Sequence record: OR608733.1
Strand: one strand, 5' to 3'
Length of the DNA: 64,000 bases
This document shows, one piece after another, positions 14,902 to 22,410 of the stretch. A program made the translations under genes and the position numbers. The notes under the pieces are model-generated. The model was not told the DNA's origin and searched no databases. It saw nothing but the letters and a program-made list of their open reading frames with translations. Position 1 is the first letter of the stretch. Every line of letters starts with the position of its first letter.

Positions 14902-16449
14902 ATGTCAAGTCCAAAACAATTACTCGTTTCATGTATCACTCTATTATGTTTAGAAAATCGAGAAGATTCTCCTGTGGAACCATCCAATGAATTGGTTACC
15001 GAGATTCTTGATACTCTAAATGATAAGGGTGGTACATTAGATGTAGATCATGGTCGACAAACATTTTTAGATCTTCGTAATCTACTAGTGGATCTAAATA
15101 AGAAACAGAAAGCATATTTCCCAGCTACCCAACAGGTATTACAATCACTACAAGTATGTTGTCGTGAAGAAAGTTATCTATACGATGCTGTTAAAAATGC
15201 GGTAGAAGAAGAATTTCCAAATGGCATGGCATTGGCCATGCGTGTAACTTCATATCGTCGTGATCTAAATAGCTACTTAGCTGATGAGAAGGTAAAAGCT
15301 ATTGTAAAAGAATGTTCATCAAAAATTCTTTTCAATAGGGGCTCTGCTGATATTCCGGCAATCATTAATGAAATGGCAACCAGAGCTGACCCATATATTC
15401 GCGCGCGTGCTGAAGAGAAACACCCAGCTGAAATGGGTGCACTTGATTTTGGTAATCTAGACTCTATTGAAGGCTTCTTCGAAGAAGCTAAAACCATTCT
15501 TTCACCAAATGGTGCTTTCCGAACTGGATGGAAAGGTTTTAACAGGATGCTTGGTGATCTGGGTGCATTAAAACGTGGTGAATTTATTATCGGTGGTGGC
15601 CTACAACATCAATATAAATCTGGCGTTTCTATGAGTCTATTTTGCCATGTGTGTCTATTTAATAAACCATACATGCGTGATATCAATAAGAAACCATTAG
15701 TAATGTTTATTACTCTTGAGAATGAGATTCCGGATAACCTTATTTTCATTTATGAGTATATTTACGAAAATGAAACAGGTATCAAGGTAGATCGTAGTTC
15801 TATTAGTAAAGCTGAAGCAGCTGAATATGTATCAGCTCGTCTCCGTGAAAATGGTTTTGAACCAGTAATGTATCGTTTTGACCCAACTGAATTTACGATT
15901 GCTGGTTTAGTTAACTACCTAGATACATATCAAGCACGTGGTTATGAACTACAATATCTCTGCGTAGATTATCTAAACATGTTGCCTAAAACTGGATTAG
16001 TGACCAGTGTAGCAGGTGATGACGTTCGTCTCCTATTTAGGCGAATGCGTAACTATACTGCACCACGTGGTATCACATTCTTTAGTCCGCATCAGTTAAG
16101 TTCTCAGGCATTAGAACTAATCAGGGATAATATCCCACCAGAAGACTTTGTTAAACAAGTTGCTAACAAAGGTTACTATGATGGTTGTCGTCGACTTGGA
16201 CAAGAACCTGATCTGGAATTCTTCTTCCACATTGTTAAAGTAAGTGGTAAGTATTATCTAACTGTACAACGTGGTAAACACCGTAACGTTGTAAGTGATA
16301 GTAAGCATCACTATTTTGTTATGCCGTTTGATCCAGACCGTATCGGTGGCATTAGATGGGATATCGATAAAGAAGAAAACAATTACATGGATTTCGTACC
16401 AAGTCTTAGTAATATGCAAGCAACTGGTGGAGATGACTGGGGATATTAA
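14902..16449 (+). CDS. dnaB: DnaB-like replicative helicase (gp118)
   Basis: 515 aa; FRTGWKGFNRML, degenerate Walker A GGGLQHQYKS, Walker B VDYL, HQLS and VQRGKHR motifs. Confidence 0.85.
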   Translation: MSSPKQLLVSCITLLCLENREDSPVEPSNELVTEILDTLNDKGGTLDVDHGRQTFLDLRNLLVDLNKKQKAYFPATQQVLQSLQVCCREESYLYDAVKNAVEEEFPNGMALAMRVTSYRRDLNSYLADEKVKAIVKECSSKILFNRGSADIPAIINEMATRADPYIRARAEEKHPAEMGALDFGNLDSIEGFFEEAKTILSPNGAFRTGWKGFNRMLGDLGALKRGEFIIGGGLQHQYKSGVSMSLFCHVCLFNKPYMRDINKKPLVMFITLENEIPDNLIFIYEYIYENETGIKVDRSSISKAEAAEYVSARLRENGFEPVMYRFDPTEFTIAGLVNYLDTYQARGYELQYLCVDYLNMLPKTGLVTSVAGDDVRLLFRRMRNYTAPRGITFFSPHQLSSQALELIRDNIPPEDFVKQVANKGYYDGCRRLGQEPDLEFFFHIVKVSGKYYLTVQRGKHRNVVSDSKHHYFVMPFDPDRIGGIRWDIDKEENNYMDFVPSLSNMQATGGDDWGY

Positions 16450-16458
16450 CAACATAAA

Positions 16459-16478
16459 GCTCTCCCTTCGGGGAGAGC
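16459..16478 (+). terminator. Hairpin terminator after the helicase
   Basis: GCTCTCCC-TTCG-GGGAGAGC. Confidence 0.75.
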
Positions 16479-16503
16479 ACTATAATTTTAATAGGTAATC
16501 TAA

Positions 16504-16872
16504 ATGAGTGCAATTGATAATTTAGTAAATACTTTAAGAAAGAATATTAGTGAATGTAGAAAGTTTAATCGACCCCTATTTGCACGTGTATATGCCGCAT
16601 CACAAAATTACGATAAAATCCGTTATGCTGTAGCAGAAGAAGCCCATTATTTTAAATATGGGAAATATGCAGAGGGTAATAATTTAAACATTGATGAACT
16701 CATCAGTGATCTTTATTTATATTACACTATTTACGTTGATATTATCCGTAAACCATTACCCGATCCTAATGGGGATTTTATCAGTATCGTAAACCAAGAT
16801 CACTATACACACATCTACTGGGATTTAGATCGGTGTGAATCTATTCCAGATGATGTAAAGGAGTTAATGTAA
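16504..16872 (+). CDS. Hypothetical protein
   Basis: 122-aa ORF with TAGGT SD. Confidence 0.7.
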   Translation: MSAIDNLVNTLRKNISECRKFNRPLFARVYAASQNYDKIRYAVAEEAHYFKYGKYAEGNNLNIDELISDLYLYYTIYVDIIRKPLPDPNGDFISIVNQDHYTHIYWDLDRCESIPDDVKELM

Positions 16873-16873
16873 T

Positions 16874-17110
16874 ATGTACTATGGTAATGTTTATATTATC
16901 TTTATTGGTGGTTTATTAATATTTATCCTAGGATTGGTATTTGGAGGAATACTGGGAGAAGAGAACAATAACGTATATAAACTCAAATCCCAACAATTTG
17001 AATACTGCGTTAAAAATAAACAATCAAAAAATAATGACAGTGAAAATATCCAAGTTATTAAAGTATGCGCAGAGTCTATTGTACTCCTATATCCGACTAA
17101 TGAAAAATAA
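16874..17110 (+). CDS. Small membrane protein
   Basis: 78 aa; hydrophobic run VYIIFIGGLLIFILGLVFGGILG; AAGGAG SD. Confidence 0.7.
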   Translation: MYYGNVYIIFIGGLLIFILGLVFGGILGEENNNVYKLKSQQFEYCVKNKQSKNNDSENIQVIKVCAESIVLLYPTNEK

Positions 17111-17118
17111 AGCATTTT

Positions 17119-17140
17119 AGCCCTCTTAGGAGGGCTTTTA
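17119..17140 (+). terminator. Intrinsic terminator
   Basis: AGCCCTC-TTAG-GAGGGCT-TTTA. Confidence 0.8.
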
Positions 17141-17375
17141 TGTCGTATGGCTAATATGCTAGTGAATAACGAATAAAATCGATTATAGAGCAAATTAGAA
17201 GGTATTAAAGGCATAAAGAAAGTCTATCTCTAGACTTATTATTTTTAATTAAAAAAATATAATCTATACTGTGTCTCCTTTTAGGGAGACAGTATGTATT
17301 AGCTAACGCTATTAGAATAATGCTAATATTGTTTATTATTAGAATAAGGATATACCTTCGGTATAGTTTATTATG

Positions 17376-17745
17376 AAATAAAAGCCCCTACGGGGCGATC
17401 CGATTCCTCAGTTCCACATTAGGTAAGATTCATGAGTAATATTTGATTACCAGTATTACTCAATGATACTGGTAATAATATACTAGATTATTAACAATAT
17501 GTATTGATCATTCTGATTAAGTCAAATTAGTTAATAAACAAATCAATTATCAACGAGTGATAACGGGTATTGATTACTAGCTAAAGAGATTAATTAGGAT
17601 ATCTACATGAGGAGTCGCTACCCCATGTATATCGGAGTGTCTCTTTAGCGGGAGACTTAACTCCACTTGGGAGCCGCTTTAGCGGGCGGCTCTCACTTAA
17701 ACAAAAAAAGAATTCAGATAAGTACCTCTCCTAAAGGAGAGGGGT
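17376..17745. ncRNA. Candidate structured non-coding RNA or structured DNA element (strand unresolved)
   Basis: At least seven stems in a region with no credible ORF; two hairpins share the loop TTTAGCGG and a third loop contains the complement CGCTA. Confidence 0.45.
17725..17742. terminator. Hairpin at the 3' end of the 101-aa gene
   Basis: CCTCTCC-TAAA-GGAGAGG. Confidence 0.7.
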
Positions 17746-17751
17746 TGTTTA

Positions 17752-18057
17752 TCATAGGCTTCTCCTTTCGGTTACATAGAACTTCTTCTGATCCATGTCA
17801 GTGTCTGTTACTATAAAATTGTCGAAGGGGTTGATGGATACGGCTAAACTTGCGTTGTTGACGTATCCTATTGTAGGGCCAGCCCAATAACCAATGAAGT
17901 TACCTTTACGATCTCGACATTGGATAACATTATCGGCTTGAGTTTTCGCAACCGACATGCTATGGGTTGATCCATCGGGTCTCTTGAAAAAGAAACCCAC
18001 TTCCTGCATTCTGTGCAGGTCAGGGCTAACATTGTTAGCGGTAACTGGAATTAACAT
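17752..18057 (-). CDS. Hypothetical protein, probably late and highly expressed
   Basis: 101 aa; AAGAGGAG SD; own structured leader starting near TATG at 18125-18122. Confidence 0.8.
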   Translation of the reverse strand: MLIPVTANNVSPDLHRMQEVGFFFKRPDGSTHSMSVAKTQADNVIQCRDRKGNFIGYWAGPTIGYVNNASLAVSINPFDNFIVTDTDMDQKKFYVTERRSL

Positions 18058-18126
18058 GATTGCTCCTCTTGTTAATCCAAGCCCACTTGGGCGAAAATGT
18101 TGAGTATTTTTTACTCAACGGCATAT

Positions 18127-18152
18127 AGCCCTACTGTTGCAGCAGTAGGGCT
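18127..18152. terminator. Hairpin (terminator or promoter-associated)
   Basis: AGCCCTACTG-TTGCAG-CAGTAGGGCT. Confidence 0.65.
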
Positions 18153-18187
18153 AATTCTTTTATTCTTAAATGTTTAACTGAATAAAT

Positions 18188-18209
18188 GCCCTCTCCCGAA
18201 GGAGAGGGC
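18188..18209 (-). terminator. Terminator of the early accessory block
   Basis: GCCCTCTCC-CGAA-GGAGAGGGC. Confidence 0.85.
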
Positions 18210-18222
18210 TTATGTCGTTGAT

Positions 18223-18498
18223 TTATTTAACCAGCGATGTTTCCCTAACACGAGAGATGCATAGATAATTACTATAATCACTAGGGTCGTACTCATCATA
18301 CCCTAGACAACTTGTATGAATATATTCAGTACTGATATTGATCATATCAAGAGTAATGCCATCGCCCCATTTCTTAGTTGCCATCTCGATAATATCTGCA
18401 ATAGTATTAGCTACATAACAATCACCCAAGATATAAAAGGTATCTTCGGTATCATCCGGACGAAAATGACGAATACCATTCTGTGTATATTCACCCAT
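18223..18498 (-). CDS. Hypothetical protein
   Basis: 91 aa; GAGG SD; HTSCLGYDEYDPSDY motif. Confidence 0.75.
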   Translation of the reverse strand: MGEYTQNGIRHFRPDDTEDTFYILGDCYVANTIADIIEMATKKWGDGITLDMINISTEYIHTSCLGYDEYDPSDYSNYLCISRVRETSLVK

Positions 18499-18499
18499 G

Positions 18500-18643
18500 T
18501 TAATTATCCTCTTTTCCTTCTTGAGTATGATGAGTGGGCTCTACCCAGTAAAAATCAATAAACAGATCAACTGGTTTACAGCCAACCATCTCGCTGTCAT
18601 CGGCCCATTTACTTTCATCTACGATAATTTCTTCATTAGTCAT
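18500..18643 (-). CDS. Small acidic protein, 47 aa (not in ORF track)
   Basis: MTNEEIIVDESKWADDSEMVGCKPVDLFIDFYWVEPTHHTQEGKEDN; AAGGAG SD; stop lies 1 nt before the next ATG. Confidence 0.7.
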   Translation of the reverse strand: MTNEEIIVDESKWADDSEMVGCKPVDLFIDFYWVEPTHHTQEGKEDN

Positions 18644-18682
18644 TTGTATTTCTCCTTATTTACTATAGTAAATATTGTTTAG

Positions 18683-18895
18683 TTACATAGTCCAATTAGT
18701 GGCTTCATCAACCATATCAGCTGCTTCTTTATCAGAAGCATTCCAGAGTTTATCAGCCCATTCTTTATCCATTTCATTTTGGATATTTTCAAGACGCATG
18801 TAATTATGCCATGCCTGACCCAGTCGAAGATTCTTATTATTTTTGTAATAAATTCCAAACTCACCACGAACTGATGCAGGAATTGAAATAGTCAC
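18683..18895 (-). CDS. Hypothetical protein
   Basis: 70 aa; GTG start overlapping the upstream TGA; AAGGAG SD. Confidence 0.7.
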   Translation of the reverse strand: MTISIPASVRGEFGIYYKNNKNLRLGQAWHNYMRLENIQNEMDKEWADKLWNASDKEAADMVDEATNWTM

Positions 18896-19053
18896 TTTAT
18901 AATCTCCTTAGTTACTATCTGACGTGCTTCTTTATAAGAAATATTCGGATTATCATTGATGTATTTAAGAACTTTCTGATGTATAATATTCTCTCGCTCA
19001 GTTAGTTCTTTTACTACTCTTTTAAAATAACCTGATGATCGCTTCATAGTCAT
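18892..19053 (-). CDS. Small basic protein, 53 aa, possibly HTH-like (not in ORF track)
   Basis: MTMKRSSGYFKRVVKELTERENIIHQKVLKYINDNPNISYKEARQIVTKEIIK; ATGA and GTGA overlaps couple it to both neighbours. Confidence 0.7.
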   Translation of the reverse strand: MTMKRSSGYFKRVVKELTERENIIHQKVLKYINDNPNISYKEARQIVTKEIIK

Positions 19054-19337
19054 GGTTCTTCGATTAACAAGTTATTTGCCTCGAAAAAGAATGGGGCTGA
19101 CCAGCTATAATCTGGTGCATCAACCAGCTTTACCCTGTTCTTTATTTTGATAATCTTACGATCATCCCGCCAATTTTGTGGTCCATGTTTAGGAATAGTG
19201 TAGTATTCACCATCGGGTAGATTAGTGGCTTTTTCCCATCCGAGTTCTTTAATGCTAAACTTTTTATCAGTTGTCATTTTCTTTATTTCCTTGCTGTCAT
19301 GAAACCACCCGGTGGCCGTATCAAGCTGCGTCCCCAT
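19050..19337 (-). CDS. Hypothetical protein, paralogue of 19633-19896
   Basis: 95 aa; alternative start at 19277 (MTTDKK, AAGGA SD); shared NLPxGxYxTxPxHGP motif. Confidence 0.75.
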   Translation of the reverse strand: MGTQLDTATGWFHDSKEIKKMTTDKKFSIKELGWEKATNLPDGEYYTIPKHGPQNWRDDRKIIKIKNRVKLVDAPDYSWSAPFFFEANNLLIEEP

Positions 19338-19340
19338 GGT

Positions 19341-19625
19341 TTATACTGCACGTGGGATCACTGATATCTCAAGAGTCAGATCAGCCGCGTCCAGTAGGTT
19401 TACCAGGGCGTCCAGAGAGAACTTGTCAATCTTGCCTTTGAGAAGATCATTCAATCTCGGTTGCGTAACATGTAGGCGAGCAGCAGCGTCTTTTTGCGGA
19501 AGATCCCAGCCCTTTATAGTACGGGTGAGAGCCCGCATGAGTTGGGAACGGATACGTAGGTTTTCAGTTTCTTTTGTCGAGTCAACTAGTGTATCCCAGA
19601 CACCGGGAGTGCATTCGTTTGCCAT
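19341..19625 (-). CDS. XRE-family HTH protein, HigA/HTH_37-type antitoxin-like
   Basis: 94 aa; WDTL...LRIRSQLM...QKDAAARLHVTQPRLNDLLKGKIDKFSLDALVNLL; about 49% GC by hand count (140/285); GAGG SD. Confidence 0.85.
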   Translation of the reverse strand: MANECTPGVWDTLVDSTKETENLRIRSQLMRALTRTIKGWDLPQKDAAARLHVTQPRLNDLLKGKIDKFSLDALVNLLDAADLTLEISVIPRAV

Positions 19626-19632
19626 TTATTTA

Positions 19633-19896
19633 TTACCTCTTGAGGTAAATGCTCGGATAATAAACTACATTATATTTAAAGAAATCACTTACCTTGAATT
19701 TTATGTTCGGTGCAGTGATTAGATAACAATAATCACCATCAACCATAACGCGTCGATCATGGCTATATACCCTAGGACCATGTAACGGAGAAGTTACATA
19801 AATCCCATTGGGAAGATTCCGTAAATCGTCTTTATTCAGAAACTTACCATTAGGATTTATAGTTAATGGATAACAACCAGGATTAAGTTTATGCAT
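19633..19896 (-). CDS. Hypothetical protein, paralogue of 19050-19337
   Basis: 87 aa; GAGGTG SD. Confidence 0.75.
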   Translation of the reverse strand: MHKLNPGCYPLTINPNGKFLNKDDLRNLPNGIYVTSPLHGPRVYSHDRRVMVDGDYCYLITAPNIKFKVSDFFKYNVVYYPSIYLKR

Positions 19897-19912
19897 ATTT
19901 CACCTCTTTTAT

Positions 19913-19937
19913 AAACCACCCTATATAAGGGTGGTTT
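19913..19937. terminator. Hairpin terminator
   Basis: AAACCACCCT-ATATA-AGGGTGGTTT. Confidence 0.7.
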
Positions 19938-19941
19938 TTTT

Positions 19942-20217
19942 CTATTGACCAATATACGTGCTGGTGTATAATTCAATGGTTGGTTTATGAATGGTCAGAT
20001 TATATTTCTTAGCTAAATCATCAATATCCCTGGAACAATCAATGAATTTGCCAGTCTCTCGGTAGCGCATCACCCATGAACCCCGAAATGGTGCATCATC
20101 TAATGGATTAATACCATATTCACGACATACCACAATTGCTTCATGTCGTGGAGTAGCACCAGTAGTGACAAAGTGATTTTCATAAACTGGGATCATTGAT
20201 ACATCTTTATTGCTCAT
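19942..20217 (-). CDS. Hypothetical protein, paralogue of 21211-21462
   Basis: Start re-set to MSNKDV (GAGAGG SD), 91 aa; REYGINP...RGSWVMR...TGKFID. Confidence 0.75.
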   Translation of the reverse strand: MSNKDVSMIPVYENHFVTTGATPRHEAIVVCREYGINPLDDAPFRGSWVMRYRETGKFIDCSRDIDDLAKKYNLTIHKPTIELYTSTYIGQ

Positions 20218-20258
20218 AATAACCTCTCTAAAATTACCTGAAGGGATATGCATGATAT

Positions 20259-20756
20259 TTATTTTTGTTTTTGACTGATCATGGAGGCATTGGTGAAGTA
20301 ATATAACGCATGTTTCCAATCTTGAGGGTCATATGTGCACTTATGAGCAACCACATAATCACCATCAATTTTTTTGAACAAGTTTACCATGATCACCTCA
20401 TCCATATCAGTCCCGTTATGCACAGTTTGATAATTCAGTCTCACCAACATGTCATCTACATTGGTTTTCAACTGGAGACCATCTTTGAAGAAATCACGAA
20501 CACCATCCATGATTTGTTCATTGCGAGACAGGATGTTTTCAGAGATCTGTTCGAACATACCCCTTGCACCGATCAAACGTAATTGATCGTAATTGGGTTC
20601 ACCCATGCAGATGGCCTCATCATCACGATTACACATCTTCTCCAGCAGAACGATAGGGTTATAATCCCAAGCAACCCCACCAGTTACAACAGAGGTCAAA
20701 TAGCCATAGAGACTGAGTTCACTGTCACGCTCATTTGCAGGAATCATGCGGTTCAT
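20259..20756 (-). CDS. Hypothetical protein
   Basis: Start re-set to MNRMIP (GAGG SD), 165 aa. Confidence 0.75.
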   Translation of the reverse strand: MNRMIPANERDSELSLYGYLTSVVTGGVAWDYNPIVLLEKMCNRDDEAICMGEPNYDQLRLIGARGMFEQISENILSRNEQIMDGVRDFFKDGLQLKTNVDDMLVRLNYQTVHNGTDMDEVIMVNLFKKIDGDYVVAHKCTYDPQDWKHALYYFTNASMISQKQK

Positions 20757-20791
20757 AATTAACGATCCTCGTATTGGTGTTGCAGCATAGC

Positions 20792-21175
20792 TCAGCAAGT
20801 CTCTTGAGCTTTCTCAAAACTAGCCATCGAGCGGGTGCGCGCACGCTGTAGAATAGACAAGCCGTATTTTTTGAACTTCTTCTTGTGGATGAAACCAAGG
20901 CGTTCGTAGATGAAGTCTTTACGGTCGGCGCGAGGTTTACCATCAGCTACGATACCACGGTCGAAAAGAGCCCAGAACAGAGCGCTTTCATCATGCAGGT
21001 AGTTGGCCATTTCCTGAGGCCACTGAACTGCGCATAGAGCAACGATTTGTTCAAGTAAACCACTATCTGAGATGGCATAGTACTCACGACCCTGAACATA
21101 GTTCATTTTGTCGAAGTTGCACATAGCCAGTCTGCCAGTACCCTGGTTGATTTTCTTTTGAATGTGTTCGTTCAT
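20792..21175 (-). CDS. Hypothetical protein
   Basis: 127 aa; basic C-terminus. Confidence 0.75.
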   Translation of the reverse strand: MNEHIQKKINQGTGRLAMCNFDKMNYVQGREYYAISDSGLLEQIVALCAVQWPQEMANYLHDESALFWALFDRGIVADGKPRADRKDFIYERLGFIHKKKFKKYGLSILQRARTRSMASFEKAQETC

Positions 21176-21210
21176 GGTTTGACCTATTTTCAGATTTGGA
21201 TTAATTATAG

Positions 21211-21462
21211 CTAGACGAAGGTATTGCGTTCGAATTGGATGGAATTACGTTCAACAATATCGTTGAGGTATTTATCATTGTCGATAAATTCCCCAGTGAG
21301 CATGTTACGCAGAACCCAGTTCCCCCGAAGTGGTATACCGCTGTTAGGGTTGATCCCGTATTCACGCATCAAAATCCGACGATTGTGGTCAACACCTGGC
21401 TCCATGTAAGATTCACTGATAAAACATTCCACCATGTTGATAACTTCTTTAGATTCGCTCAT
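21211..21462 (-). CDS. Hypothetical protein, paralogue of 19942-20217
   Basis: 83 aa; AAGGA SD; REYGINP...RGNWVLR...TGEFID. Confidence 0.75.
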   Translation of the reverse strand: MSESKEVINMVECFISESYMEPGVDHNRRILMREYGINPNSGIPLRGNWVLRNMLTGEFIDNDKYLNDIVERNSIQFERNTFV

Positions 21463-21533
21463 TGACTTATTCCTTCTTTTGCAGGTATTATGTAATACGA
21501 TAATGGATTATGGCTTTAACCATCAGATCCTTT

Positions 21534-21956
21534 TCACGCAGTTGGTTTGAATGGATTTGCACTACGACTACGTTTTTGATATGAAATTAGTGCATCCCAT
21601 ACATTATCGGCTGATACATATTCAGGCATAGCTTTTTCATCATTGTAACTGACACGGTATGCCTTAGCCACACCTGTGCTATCTACAATGTGAACTTTTT
21701 CAATGACAAATGCTTTTCCAGAAGGCCCAGGGATATGTAATCCTCTTTTAAAAAGTTCTTCAAGAATGCGTTCTAATGCAATTTTAGCATTAGGGTAATC
21801 ATTATCAAGTGACTTAATACCACCTTTAATTTTATTACCTAGGTCACTGAGTGCCTTTTTAAAAACACTAACATCATGATCAAAACATTCGAGAGTGTGA
21901 TCGAAGTTTTGCATGAGCGCTATTAGTAGACCATTAGGAAATACTACTTTTGACAT
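21534..21956 (-). CDS. Hypothetical protein
   Basis: 140 aa; TAGGTG SD. Confidence 0.75.
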   Translation of the reverse strand: MSKVVFPNGLLIALMQNFDHTLECFDHDVSVFKKALSDLGNKIKGGIKSLDNDYPNAKIALERILEELFKRGLHIPGPSGKAFVIEKVHIVDSTGVAKAYRVSYNDEKAMPEYVSADNVWDALISYQKRSRSANPFKPTA

Positions 21957-21966
21957 ATATCACCTA

Positions 21967-22323
21967 TTAGTAAACAGTTGGGAACGTTTGTAGGAACCAA
22001 TCATTAATACGTGTATTAACACTAGCCCCATGTTCAGGCGCTACTTTAAAACCAGCGATGATGTCCTGTAACTCTTCAGTGAGTTTGTTGTGTACTTTAC
22101 CTTCACAATCGATAAAGTCTTCTGCGGTTGGCATAACCTCAGCGCGAATGACAGAGGCGCGCTTAGAAAGCATTGTAAGAATTTCATTAGACACTGAAGC
22201 AGCATTACGCAACTTATTGATTTTTACATCAATAACAGTTTTATGATAGATTTTACCAACTGCACACATTGTAACTGAACCAACAAAAATACCAAGACAG
22301 AGTGATACTTTATCAATATTCAT
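21967..22323 (-). CDS. Small protein with N-terminal hydrophobic anchor
   Basis: 118 aa; VSLCLGIFVGSVTMCAVG. Confidence 0.7.
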   Translation of the reverse strand: MNIDKVSLCLGIFVGSVTMCAVGKIYHKTVIDVKINKLRNAASVSNEILTMLSKRASVIRAEVMPTAEDFIDCEGKVHNKLTEELQDIIAGFKVAPEHGASVNTRINDWFLQTFPTVY

Positions 22324-22384
22324 TTTGTATACCTATTTACGTTTATTGAAGTGATTAAAAAATAATACGATGTAGAAAATAAAA

Positions 22385-22402
22385 GGGAGTCCGAAGACTC
22401 CC
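22385..22402 (-). terminator. Intrinsic terminator
   Basis: GGGAGTC-CGAA-GACTCCC; UUCG loop and TTTTATTTT on the minus strand. Confidence 0.85.
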
Positions 22403-22410
22403 ATTATCAG

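Noticed and set aside
17376-17745. CRISPR mini-array, tRNA or group I intron in the structured spacer
   Set aside because: No equal-length repeats with unique spacers, no cloverleaf with T-loop or CCA, and no interrupted gene or P7-like core
19312-19722. 136-aa + strand ORF
   Set aside because: Antisense to the well-supported HTH gene; open because of local high GC
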